Notes under the pieces: generated by a model
What the model was told of the DNA's origin: nothing
Databases searched by the model: none
Seen by the model: the letters and a program-made list of their open reading frames with translations, nothing else
Translations under genes and position numbers: made by a program
Shown here: positions 48,943 through 57,986 of the stretch, piece by piece
Numbering within the stretch: the stretch's first letter is position 1
Layout: each line of letters opens with the position of its first letter
Virus record (IMG/VR): IMGVR_UViG_3300031857_000029
Source of the DNA: a virus
Direction: 5' to 3' (one strand)
DNA length: 64,000 bases

Positions 48943-49125
48943 ATGTACGAGGTGAATCAACTCATTGAAATTATGAATCACTCTGAGCCGTCTTGTAATG
49001 GGCAATATGGGACTATTGAAAAGATTGAAATTGCCTATGACGGCTATACACACTACTATACGGTGCGCTTAGAGGACTCTGACCAGCTGTGTGTATGTAC
49101 TGATGATGAGATAATGGAGGCGTGA
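48943..49125 (+). CDS. small SH3-like protein
   Basis: RBS GGAG; GQYGTIEKI...YTVRL. Confidence 0.55.
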   Translation: MYEVNQLIEIMNHSEPSCNGQYGTIEKIEIAYDGYTHYYTVRLEDSDQLCVCTDDEIMEA

Positions 49126-49345
49126 CCGATATGAAAGAAGCGTTCTGGCTAATAGTCATCATAGCGTGTATTGTATATGCAGCGTTGACCGATGGACCGC
49201 CAAATGACAATACCTAATGGCTGGCCGTGGTTATTCGCGCTAATAACTACATTAGTATTGATGCGTATTAGCCGTAATATGGACCGCTAATAGGGGTCCG
49301 TTTTATCATATTTTATGGTCGTTTTATCATTTTTGGAGGTGGGGT

Positions 49346-49564
49346 ATGCTGGTACGGGAATTATATAATCAGTTGACGCATGACCTACAAGCGCATGGGG
49401 AACTGGAGTTTATGGTACAGATTAAACAGCCAGACGGCAGTATTATTAATTGCGTGTATGTGGCTGACCGCTATGTATCACCAGCCAGTGAGGGGCCCCA
49501 TCGCTATGTCCTCCGCATGGTCCCGATGCAGGCATGGTCCGAAAGGGGAAGGAACGGCTCCTAA
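49346..49564 (+). CDS. hypothetical protein
   Basis: RBS GGAGG. Confidence 0.55.
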   Translation: MLVRELYNQLTHDLQAHGELEFMVQIKQPDGSIINCVYVADRYVSPASEGPHRYVLRMVPMQAWSERGRNGS

Positions 49565-49706
49565 TAATATGTTATAATGACAGGCCGTCAGACATTTTGA
49601 CATATTCCGGCCTGTGTTAAAATGACACACCGTTTTATCATATTTTGACCCCGTTTTATCATTTTTTGGGTATTGACTTATTGACCGCTTTGGTGTAAAT
49701 TGCGGT

Positions 49707-49880
49707 ATGATTAAAAACATCCAGCGTGACGAGCAGGGCCGTGTGGAGTCCGGCACCTGCCACTGCGGCCACAAGGTGTGGCTCGGTGAATTCACCTGTG
49801 AGTGCGACCACTGCGGTCGGCTCTATAACTGGGCGGGGCAGGAGCTCATGCCCGTCGAGCACTGGGAGGAGGACTACTAG
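49707..49880 (+). CDS. small zinc-ribbon protein (57 aa, not in ORF track), likely leaderless
   Basis: MIKNIQRD...CHCG...CDHCGRLYNWAGQEL; TTGACT-17-TAAATT ends 5 nt before ATG. Confidence 0.65.
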   Translation: MIKNIQRDEQGRVESGTCHCGHKVWLGEFTCECDHCGRLYNWAGQELMPVEHWEEDY

Positions 49881-50041
49881 GACCTGTCCAGCTTTCACGG
49901 TGGGGGCTGTCCAGGTTTGACGGTCCCCGTTAATAGGTTATATTGACAGGCGGGTGCGACATTATGACATTATGGCATTAACGCCCCGAAGATATCCCGA
50001 ACTACCGATAATGTGTATTATGTAAACCTGTTTTATCATTT

Positions 50042-50236
50042 TCAGGCAGGCCGTACATCGTCGGAACGGATGACGGCACAGCGCCCCATCACGGCAAGGG
50101 CATCCCGATATCCCATGCGCCGGGCATCCTTTATGCTTTTCGCCATTACGATCGTCTGCCAAGAGTAGTGCGCAGTCTTGCAAGTATAGACCCACTGCCG
50201 CATGCCCGATAGGTGGGGGAGCCGTTTAGTGAGCAC
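50042..50236 (-). CDS. small hypothetical protein
   Basis: Last gene of a leftward operon; start uncertain. Confidence 0.45.
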   Translation of the reverse strand: MLTKRLPHLSGMRQWVYTCKTAHYSWQTIVMAKSIKDARRMGYRDALAVMGRCAVIRSDDVRPA

Positions 50237-50438
50237 GATAGGGCTCCAGGTATTGAATATTGCAGAAACCGATATGCTGGTCGCTCATCCTACGCACATG
50301 CCGTAGCTGTCCACTTGTCCTGCCGCCTGGGGGATTGACCACCTGCACCAGGTCGCCGGGCTGGAAACCGTCGAGCCACTCAAAGACGCTCAGGTCGGTG
50401 ATTGTATAAAGACTGCCGAGCCGTACACGCTTTGCCAT
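50226..50438 (-). CDS. small SH3-like protein
   Basis: MAKRVRLG...QPGDLVQVVN..G. Confidence 0.55.
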   Translation of the reverse strand: MAKRVRLGSLYTITDLSVFEWLDGFQPGDLVQVVNPPGGRTSGQLRHVRRMSDQHIGFCNIQYLEPYRAH

Positions 50439-50439
50439 T

Positions 50440-50649
50440 TTAGAAAAGCCTCTCAATCGCTGAAGGTGTAACGCCCACCAGCATGAGTAGCTCCTCTGCG
50501 CCGTATACCTTGCGGGCATCGCAGGACTCGCAGGAGTAGGCTCGAGCGTCCGGCTCCACACCTTCCTGCTCATGTCCACACGCAATGCAGATGCCGATAT
50601 ACTCCCCAGACTCCACTGCCTCTAGCACTTGGTCAATTGAAATGCGCAT
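50440..50649 (-). CDS. zinc-ribbon phage protein
   Basis: GICIACG....VEPDA..Y.CESC....VYGAEE. Confidence 0.75.
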   Translation of the reverse strand: MRISIDQVLEAVESGEYIGICIACGHEQEGVEPDARAYSCESCDARKVYGAEELLMLVGVTPSAIERLF

Positions 50650-50661
50650 TTTTATTTCCTC

Positions 50662-50838
50662 TTATCGTAGAATGTTGGCCCCAAGCTCCATCAGCTCGGT
50701 GCGTAGCTCGTTAAGGGCTTCCTCGACCTCGTAGTTATACGGGGCATTGTCCACTGCCTTTGCGAGAGCCTCGAACGTTTGGGCCACGATGTCTAACTGC
50801 GTCTTGAACATAGGATGGGCTGGGTTTGGGATATTCAT
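50662..50838 (-). CDS. small hypothetical protein (58 aa, not in ORF track)
   Basis: MNIPNPAHPMFK...; RBS GAGG. Confidence 0.55.
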   Translation of the reverse strand: MNIPNPAHPMFKTQLDIVAQTFEALAKAVDNAPYNYEVEEALNELRTELMELGANILR

Positions 50839-50847
50839 GCTTTCCTC

Positions 50848-51249
50848 TTACTTGGTGAGAGTGTAGGGCTTGTTCCAGTCGCCCACCTTCAGGTTGTAGT
50901 AATACGCGGTGTCGAAGTAGTCCGTCTGAATGTCGGAGCGGTCGTAATAGTCGGCCGCCTTCAGCGCAGAAATCATCTCACCGATGAAATCCTTCGCCGT
51001 TCCATCCTTGTAGTGCTCGTCATACCAGTAGGGGTTCACCTCGAAGTTATACCGCTCCCGCACCGAGGCGATATCCATCATCGTGCGCTGCGTATTCATA
51101 TCCGCGAGGAAATCGATCGACCCAGACTTAAGGGTGCAGGTGATAGAGTGCTGAGTGCAGCGGAAGGTCGCCTTCATTCCATACTTAGCGAGTACGGGCT
51201 TAGCCGCCGTCACAATCTTCGCCTTACGCTCTTGGTTCATCCATGCCAT
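50848..51249 (-). CDS. conserved phage early protein (LPD29-like DYFD motif)
   Basis: YDRSDIQTDYFDTAYY...VGDWNKPY. Confidence 0.7.
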   Translation of the reverse strand: MAWMNQERKAKIVTAAKPVLAKYGMKATFRCTQHSITCTLKSGSIDFLADMNTQRTMMDIASVRERYNFEVNPYWYDEHYKDGTAKDFIGEMISALKAADYYDRSDIQTDYFDTAYYYNLKVGDWNKPYTLTK

Positions 51250-51442
51250 CTGCTTTCGTTCTCCGTTTAGGTTATAGTGTATTATAAACCTATATTGAAT
51301 AGAACACAAGGGGGTGGGGCATATTTCTTTTAATTGTTACAATTCCTTCGGTGTTTGTTCGGGTGTTTTATCATTGTTTTATCACGCGGGCAAAAAAGAA
51401 GCCCCCACCAGCCGAAGCCAGCAGGGGCACCTTCCCCATATG

Positions 51443-52276
51443 TTATGCGCGGGTCAAGAGAACCCGAGCGATAGACTCCCAGCGAGCGGGATTGTCTTTA
51501 GCCAATCCACAGAGCTTCATGAGGGTTCGGATAGACAGCTCTCGCAGGTTGTGTCGATGAGTAGCGAGGAACGAAAGGATAGGAGCCCGAAGGTTCTGGG
51601 GAACATCCTCACGGTCAAAAATCTTTCCAGCGTGGGCGATGTGATTCACCCACACACCGAGCTCGTCACGATTGTGAAGCCGAAGGTCAAGATACAGCGA
51701 GCGAGACATGAGAGCCTCGAAGTGCTGAGCGTACTTGTTCTTGCCCTCGTCCACGAAAGTCTGAAAGTCAAGATTCGAAATAAAAATCATTGCTCCGTTG
51801 AACTCGAACTGCTGGGGAATGTCAGCTTCCTTCAGCTGCGGAGCCTCCTTCATGTACGATACCTTACGGCTTGAGCTCGTATCGCAGAGCGCCTTGAGAA
51901 TGTTCAACGCATCCTCATCGTTGAAGATGGAGTCAGCGTCATCGAGGACAATCACGTTGCCCGGCTTCCGATACTTGTAAGCCAACATATAGAGATGAAT
52001 GGCGGAAAGTGAGCCGCGAACAATCTCGTGCGGTACATTAGAATGCTCAAGAATCTGCTCGACCGTATAAGTCTTGCCCACGCCGGGAGCGCCGGTCACT
52101 ACCATTGCGCGGATGTTCTGGGCAACGGCACCCTTTGTGAGAAGTGAAAGAATATCGAAACGCTCCTTTAGGTCGGAAAGAATCTGCGAGTCACTGCGGT
52201 TCTTCGGCTTGGACTGCTCTCGGGCAAGGATATCCTGCTTCGAGGGGCGACCACGCTTCACAATCTTGATGCTCAT
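51443..52276 (-). CDS. P-loop (AAA-like) ATPase with N-terminal AT-hook
   Basis: KRGRPSK; GAPGVGKT; IVLDDAD; ALMSRS. Confidence 0.8.
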   Translation of the reverse strand: MSIKIVKRGRPSKQDILAREQSKPKNRSDSQILSDLKERFDILSLLTKGAVAQNIRAMVVTGAPGVGKTYTVEQILEHSNVPHEIVRGSLSAIHLYMLAYKYRKPGNVIVLDDADSIFNDEDALNILKALCDTSSSRKVSYMKEAPQLKEADIPQQFEFNGAMIFISNLDFQTFVDEGKNKYAQHFEALMSRSLYLDLRLHNRDELGVWVNHIAHAGKIFDREDVPQNLRAPILSFLATHRHNLRELSIRTLMKLCGLAKDNPARWESIARVLLTRA

Positions 52277-52335
52277 CTGTATCCTCTTTGGATGTTTGGG
52301 GAAGTCTCTAAATCTAACAGGTTGGGAAAGGTTTG

Positions 52336-52548
52336 TCAAGCCCTAGAGAGAACATAGGCAGACATCTGCTTCCCCTCGTTTCGGTACAGCTTCAGCTCGG
52401 ACCCCTCTCGCAGTCCCTTGGCTGCCCGCCCACCTAGGGCCGACACATAGTGCTTGCCCTTTGGTCCCTCGACTACATAGAACGGATTGCGAGTGCTGGG
52501 GGATTCAAGCAATTTCACAATGTCAATAAAGTTTTGCTTCATGTTCAA
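52336..52548 (-). CDS. hypothetical protein
   Basis: Coupled ORF. Confidence 0.55.
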   Translation of the reverse strand: MNMKQNFIDIVKLLESPSTRNPFYVVEGPKGKHYVSALGGRAAKGLREGSELKLYRNEGKQMSAYVLSRA

Positions 52549-52760
52549 TTCCTCGCTCGGTTTACGAAACGCTTCAGGGTTTCTACTGCTTGCTTGTTCT
52601 TCGGGTTGACATACTCCAGCCGTCCTGCGGTCTTATGGTCAAACACCATCGCACCCACATATTTCTCGACACCACTGCACTGCACACACGTTTGCGTATC
52701 GGGGAGCACCTCGAGCCTCTCGCCGGGGATGACGCACTTACATTTGAAACATAGTCTCAT
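52545..52760 (-). CDS. TraR/DksA C4 zinc-finger protein
   Basis: CFKCKCVIPGERLEVLPDTQTCVQC. Confidence 0.75.
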   Translation of the reverse strand: MRLCFKCKCVIPGERLEVLPDTQTCVQCSGVEKYVGAMVFDHKTAGRLEYVNPKNKQAVETLKRFVNRARN

Positions 52761-53458
52761 TACGCAGCCCTCTGTAGGATAGTGAACCCGCTGGTGTCCT
52801 TCTTCGCCTTCCCCTTCGCCAGTAGTCCGACGATAACACACTTTTCGTCGAGGAAGCGAAGGTCAGTCTCGGTGCCGTCGATAACCTTCACACCAGCCCA
52901 CTTAGCGGGAAGCTCGTCGAACACTACGGCGACATTCATGCCCTGCCCCAACATACGGAGCGCGTCGATTTCGTTCGTCTCGCTCCGGCTGAAGGTCAAG
53001 TGATAGTTGAGAGCCTTGACCTTTCGGTTCGTCAGCTTCGTGTAATCGTAGAACTGGCGATTAGGGAACGCGAGGAAGATGTTCGGATACGTCACGCCGT
53101 CAATCGTGACTGGCACCGTCTCCCACCGGATGTCGCTCGTGCCGTTCAGACGGAACACCGGAATCATGTTCTCACGCTCAGCCTTCCGCTCAGCCGCTTC
53201 GATATCCTTCACAAGCTGAGCCATAAAGGTTTCACGATTTTCGAAAAACCACTTGGTCTTGCGGATACGGGCCTCCTGAATGGCGGTGAAGCGACCACGC
53301 CCCGCAGTGTTCAGACAAGCCGAAGCACAACCCTCGGACGCCATCGGGCAGGTATTGTATCCCGACAAGGTAGACGGCGCGAGGTGCATGATGAAGGTCA
53401 TGTAGCCCATAGCCTCGCCCTTCGCCGTCTTTGTGTTCCCGATAGTCAGCAGCTTCAC
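52760..53458 (-). CDS. phage Gp88-like protein
   Basis: CPMAS.GC...CL..AGRG, RLNGTSDI.WE, FYDYTK, DGTETDLRFLD. Confidence 0.8.
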   Translation of the reverse strand: MKLLTIGNTKTAKGEAMGYMTFIMHLAPSTLSGYNTCPMASEGCASACLNTAGRGRFTAIQEARIRKTKWFFENRETFMAQLVKDIEAAERKAERENMIPVFRLNGTSDIRWETVPVTIDGVTYPNIFLAFPNRQFYDYTKLTNRKVKALNYHLTFSRSETNEIDALRMLGQGMNVAVVFDELPAKWAGVKVIDGTETDLRFLDEKCVIVGLLAKGKAKKDTSGFTILQRAA

Positions 53459-53662
53459 TTTGTTCTCCCTTTAGGTTATGGGTGAAATATAACCCTATAT
53501 CGAAGAAAGGGAAGGGGGTGCGCAACATCGTTACAATTGGACAAGGTTAGGAATAGCTGGACAGGCGTTTGTCAAGGGCATTAACGTATTTGTTACACAA
53601 TTGTTACACAACTACCATGCTGTTTTATCATCGACAGCCAGGTGTTTTATCATTTCGGCAAT

Positions 53663-53686
53663 AAAAAACCCCGCCGGTCGGGGCGG
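53663..53686 (-). terminator. intrinsic terminator (minus strand)
   Basis: CCCCGCC-(C)CGACC-GGCGGGG-TTTTTT on the minus strand. Confidence 0.7.
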
Positions 53687-53717
53687 GGAAAACCAGGCTG
53701 CAGCCTTTCGGGTTTTT

Positions 53718-53993
53718 TTACTTTAGTGCTTCAAGGAGTGCATGCAGGGTTGCCTCGTATCGGGCCATCTCATCGAGCCGCTTGGTCAACTTCTCCCGCT
53801 CCCTTGCAATGTTCTCCAACTGCACGGGTGCCAGCTCTTTCACAATGAGAGGAAGGTTCGCATCCTTCCCCAGTACTGCATGCTCACCTGTCGCCACATC
53901 GGGCAGTGTGCCTTCGGTCGGCAGGTTACTCTCGTTGAAGTCTCGCAGTGCGTTGCCAACCTTGTCTGCGGTATTTGTAAAAATACTAATCAC
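53718..53993 (-). CDS. hypothetical coiled-coil protein
   Basis: RBS GGAG. Confidence 0.55.
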   Translation of the reverse strand: MISIFTNTADKVGNALRDFNESNLPTEGTLPDVATGEHAVLGKDANLPLIVKELAPVQLENIAREREKLTKRLDEMARYEATLHALLEALK

Positions 53994-54322
53994 GTTGCCA
54001 CTCCATCATACGCTTATGTGAACCATCACGATTTGGCTTTACCTTTCTGCGATTGTCAGTCAGAGAACCCACAGGGTCCATAGACTTGCGAATCACTTCA
54101 CGAGGCGAAGCATACTCGTACATCTCTTCTAACTCATCATAATCAATCACAATGAAACTCGGGCTGAAGGACAAAGACAGCTAAGGCACATGCCGTTCGT
54201 GTTGTCAAAGGTTTGATTTTTACAATCTTCGTTTGCACAACCAGCACTTGCGCACTTCTTACACTTATACAAGTACTGACCACACTGCCTATCGTTATCC
54301 AACTTCATTCTGCACTGTGCCA

Positions 54323-54742
54323 TTACGGATTCTTCCGCGGACGACCACGGGGCTTGAACTTCTTGGCGAACTCAGCCTCACGAGCCTCATGCAGCTTCTC
54401 TGCATCAGTACCCGCCTTGGGGACACCATAGTGATGCTTCCAATCATACTGGTCCACCGTATCTAGAGTGCCATAAGTTCGACGCTCATTGATTTGAGCC
54501 CAAGACTTGATACCATAGATGACCCAGCTGTTGCGGTCCACCATATAGCGACCAAGCTTCTGGAGCGGCTTGCCCTGATGGAAGGTCTGCACGTACACCT
54601 TGTCAAACTTACGACCTGTCTCAATCTGTACCGTGTCGGTAGTATCCCGCCCATCGGTGTCAGCCTTCTGGAAAGCGGCTCGGAACTTCTCCAGCTTCTC
54701 GACATACTCCACTGCTCGGTCCAGTCCAACGGTCTTGCTCAT
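54323..54742 (-). CDS. phage early protein with C-terminal AT-hook
   Basis: GRKFDKV...IYGIKSW; KPRGRPRK. Confidence 0.7.
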   Translation of the reverse strand: MSKTVGLDRAVEYVEKLEKFRAAFQKADTDGRDTTDTVQIETGRKFDKVYVQTFHQGKPLQKLGRYMVDRNSWVIYGIKSWAQINERRTYGTLDTVDQYDWKHHYGVPKAGTDAEKLHEAREAEFAKKFKPRGRPRKNP

Positions 54743-54836
54743 CTGTGTATCCTCGTTTAGTTGTTTAGTGTTTTTTACTTACTATATTAAGTTTAACTAC
54801 TTACCACGATTTTGTCAAGGGGTCTTCAATAATATC

Positions 54837-55115
54837 TTATATTTCAATCCCCAAGTCTCGTGCCGTCTGCATCAACTCTTCCTCTGGTAGCGACTCCGCC
54901 CACTCCAACTGATACTCGTAGTAGGCACTCTCCAAGTCATCCATCGTTGCCACTTCGAGCAACTTCGTGGCAATGAGGGCGGGAAGGTCGGTACGCTGCT
55001 CCTCTGCGAAGGCAATCCAATCGGTGAGAGCCTCGTCCAAGTTTGCACGCTTCGGCTCATCGTACAACCCGTGCTTCATATCGTCTGCCTGAATGTCTGC
55101 CATTGCGTTATCCAT
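54837..55115 (-). CDS. acidic hypothetical protein
   Basis: ORF in operon. Confidence 0.55.
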   Translation of the reverse strand: MDNAMADIQADDMKHGLYDEPKRANLDEALTDWIAFAEEQRTDLPALIATKLLEVATMDDLESAYYEYQLEWAESLPEEELMQTARDLGIEI

Positions 55116-55116
55116 T

Positions 55117-55407
55117 TTAGAACTCCAAGTTGATGTAGTCTGCGTCATCCACTACTTCCCAAAACTTATTTGCGAAATCATCACGGGTCATAGACTTGTT
55201 AGCGATGACGTTCTTGTGGTAATCCTCGTACGCCTCTAACATACAGTCAAGTGCGAACACATTCCCGACAAGAGTATAGGACGAATCACCATACGACACG
55301 TTGCTCCACGCCTTGTCGGCAATCCACTCCACTTCGGCATTGGTCAGCTCCAGATGGTCATAGATGTCGGAAATATTCACAAGGGACACCGTAAAGGTCT
55401 TACCCAT
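55117..55407 (-). CDS. acidic hypothetical protein
   Basis: RBS AAGGAG. Confidence 0.6.
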   Translation of the reverse strand: MGKTFTVSLVNISDIYDHLELTNAEVEWIADKAWSNVSYGDSSYTLVGNVFALDCMLEAYEDYHKNVIANKSMTRDDFANKFWEVVDDADYINLEF

Positions 55408-55609
55408 TGGGATACGTCTCCTTGTCATAGTTGAACCACGCCATCAGATTCTTGTGGAGCTTCTTGTCAGTCTTGGCGAAGTGAACCAAGAGGGACGAAA
55501 GGTAACCCGCAGAGAACGAATCGTTGCCCCACTTGTTACGGTTCTTGTCCGTGAACTCCTTGACCATCACTTCCAACTCCGTCTGCATTTTGTTCTCCGT
55601 ATTAGTCAT
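55400..55609 (-). CDS. hypothetical protein, likely leaderless
   Basis: ATG 6 nt after the -10 box. Confidence 0.6.
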   Translation of the reverse strand: MTNTENKMQTELEVMVKEFTDKNRNKWGNDSFSAGYLSSLLVHFAKTDKKLHKNLMAWFNYDKETYPNG

Positions 55610-55878
55610 ATACTGAATATAACCTATTATTGAATAGATGTCAAGGGGGGTCAGACCTCGAAGTAACGGGACCGATCATCCCGCTGGTCCGCCACCCACG
55701 CGTCCCCATCCTTCCACGCGCACTTGGAGCTGCAGTAGTTCTGCCACCAACCCTTCACCGGGAGGGGCTCGTAGCACCACACACAGCACTCCTCCGTGTG
55801 TTCCTTCATCTTCGCACCTTTACGCATTGTAGTACTCCTCGCACTGAATCTGCGTGTCGAAATCGTCAATCGTGTCCA

Positions 55879-56130
55879 TTAGTTTACCTCGTCAATATCA
55901 GGGATGATGGTGTCCATCGGGTACTCCTCTATCCAACAAAGTTCCTTCACAAAGGTTTCCACAACCTCTTCTGCCTTACCCTTGTCGTTGGTGACATACA
56001 CAATCTCTGTATCAACTGAAATGAAGGTTTCGACAATCTCTTCTGCTTTGTTCTTGTCCGTGGTCACATACACCACATCGTCCACATTGTCGATTTCCCT
56101 TTCATACTTGACCACATACACCTTATTCAT
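55879..56130 (-). CDS. small protein with internal tandem duplication
   Basis: VYVTTDKNKAEEIVETF / VYVTNDKGKAEEVVETF. Confidence 0.65.
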   Translation of the reverse strand: MNKVYVVKYEREIDNVDDVVYVTTDKNKAEEIVETFISVDTEIVYVTNDKGKAEEVVETFVKELCWIEEYPMDTIIPDIDEVN

Positions 56131-56284
56131 TTCGTTTCCCTATTGAAGTTATACTAAATATAACCTTATATTGGGGGAACACAAGGGGTTTCCTGATATT
56201 TCTTTATTTCGTTACATATGGACAAGGATAGGACTAGCTGGACAAGGGGTTCGGGGTATCTTCGGGGGGTTTTATCACAGCGGG

Positions 56285-56437
56285 CAAAAACTTTAAACCC
56301 CCCACTGCGGAGTATGCAGTGGAGGGCTCCCGTATCGTGGGGAACGCCGGAGTTTTTTATTTAGGGGACTCGGTGAGTAAACCCCTGTTAGCGTTAGGTG
56401 GTTTGGGTACCCATTCCACAACGCCCGTTCTCAATTA
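56285..56437 (-). ncRNA. candidate structured small RNA (about 150 nt)
   Basis: Own TTGACA-17-TAGATT promoter, three hairpins plus terminator, no credible ORF. Confidence 0.55.
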
Positions 56438-56768
56438 TACATAAATCTAACTCAAAGACTACCGCTTGTCAAGGGGGTCACCTCTTTTATTTCTACCTTG
56501 TACCCATGCTCCACATATGCCGCTGCCACCCATTGCGCCTTGGTCAAGGAATGTGCCTGCTCCGCAATATGGTGGTCACCCTTTGTTCCTTCAATCCTAT
56601 ATGTCGGCATCGGCATTCTCCAGTTTATTTGACCTGACCGCAAATACTTTCATTCCCTTTTTCTTCTTTCTACTATTCACCCATGCCGTATACTCAGCTT
56701 CGGCTTCCATCATTGCCACATCATAAAGCATACCGTGCTGGTCTGGGTAGAGCGGTCCCCTATACATA

Positions 56769-56951
56769 TTAGAGGTCACGGTTAGAAGGATTTTCGCTCA
56801 CCCACGCCATCCAATCAGTCAGAATCTTACTGGCTTCCCGACGATTGACAAAGAACTGCTCTTGAATGTATGGGGACGCTCCATACATATTCGTCTCGCC
56901 AGACTCACGAAGGCGGTTGAGATAGATAAACTCCTCACGGACATTAGACAT
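56769..56951 (-). CDS. DUF5049-like small protein
   Basis: LRESGETNMYGA motif. Confidence 0.65.
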   Translation of the reverse strand: MSNVREEFIYLNRLRESGETNMYGASPYIQEQFFVNRREASKILTDWMAWVSENPSNRDL

Positions 56952-57330
56952 TTGCATCCTCCATCTCATAAAGGTTGATTTCCTGCGGGTCCAAAGCGTA
57001 GCAATTCCACTTTCCATCTTCCCACACATACCCATACTCACACGACACACTACGGAAATGCTCAACCATTTCGGAAAAGTACTTGAAGGTCTTGGTGTCT
57101 ACATCGGTGTCTCCTCGACGGCTGTAGGCCTCACACTCTGTCTCTTCGAGCCCATCCCGAAGGCTTGAGATGTCACCAATGTTGACAAGCAGCTTTGCCC
57201 AGAGGTCCGCGCCGTAGTGGTCACGAAGGGTCACACCGACACCGCCGGGGTACCCATCCCAATGGCAATAGATGGCGGTGTACTCATTCGTGTCGTGGTC
57301 ATACTTTGCGATGAAACTGCGGGTAGCCAT
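56944..57330 (-). CDS. conserved phage early protein
   Basis: MATRS.I.....IYCHWDGYP.GVG motif. Confidence 0.75.
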   Translation of the reverse strand: MATRSFIAKYDHDTNEYTAIYCHWDGYPGGVGVTLRDHYGADLWAKLLVNIGDISSLRDGLEETECEAYSRRGDTDVDTKTFKYFSEMVEHFRSVSCEYGYVWEDGKWNCYALDPQEINLYEMEDANV

Positions 57331-57659
57331 TAGAGCTCCACCTCCACCGACACCCCACGAGGAACCGTGATACGAGCCCCATCAATGATGTAGGTGATAC
57401 GACTACGGCTGACTGTCTCCACCTGCGGGCGGGGAGTACTGACCCGGCGAGGGACATTACGATTTCTGCGGGTCCACCCGAGCGTCACACCAACCTGCTT
57501 TCTGACCGACTCAGCCACCTGCGCCTGAATACGAGCGGAGTACTTGGCGTTCTTGGGGTTCTTGATAAGGGTCTGGACAATCTCCTGCGGGTTCATCCAG
57601 CGCTCAATCCCATCGAAGTTGACGCCGTACTTCCAGTTGACTCGCTCTGAATACTGCAT
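57330..57659 (-). CDS. basic hypothetical protein
   Basis: RBS AAGGAG; promoter with direct-repeat box upstream. Confidence 0.65.
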   Translation of the reverse strand: MQYSERVNWKYGVNFDGIERWMNPQEIVQTLIKNPKNAKYSARIQAQVAESVRKQVGVTLGWTRRNRNVPRRVSTPRPQVETVSRSRITYIIDGARITVPRGVSVEVEL

Positions 57660-57729
57660 TTGTGTAGCTCCTTTGTTTGATTGGATGATGTAATATACTG
57701 TACTACTGGGGAAAGGTCAAGGGGAGAAA

Positions 57730-57750
57730 CATTAAGATTTCATTAAGATT
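57730..57750 (-). promoter_or_regulatory. third copy of the AATCTTAATGAAATCTTAATG box
   Basis: Exact reverse complement, 9 nt upstream of TTGACC -35. Confidence 0.8.
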
Positions 57751-57830
57751 TCTCACCCCTCTCTGTAAGGAACGCCCCTACAATCAGAAAGACGAACATA
57801 TAGGTACCAAAGACAAGGACGGCCATCGTA

Positions 57831-57986
57831 TTAGGCTCCAAAGACCACAAGTTCCTGACCCTTGTAGACTGCTGGGGTGACCATATCCCATTCGAGCTCA
57901 ATCTGGTCATCGCCAGTGTCAATCTCGACCACGGCGTTCGGGTCAAGCTGTTCGAGGAGTTCAATCAGGGTCTTTACGTTCATCAT
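57831..57986 (-). CDS. small acidic hypothetical protein
   Basis: MNVKTLIELLEQLDPNAVV motif. Confidence 0.6.
   Translation of the reverse strand: MMNVKTLIELLEQLDPNAVVEIDTGDDQIELEWDMVTPAVYKGQELVVFGA

Larger units (their letters stand above)
49300..56278 (+). repeat. dispersed GTTTTATCA(T/C) motif, 10 copies
   Basis: At 49300, 49321, 49632, 49653, 50030, 51365, 51376, 53622, 53644, 56269; all intergenic and on the same strand. Confidence 0.8.

Noticed and set aside
49300-49662. 38-bp repeats as a mini CRISPR array
   Set aside because: Only two imperfect copies about 330 bp apart with a gene between them.
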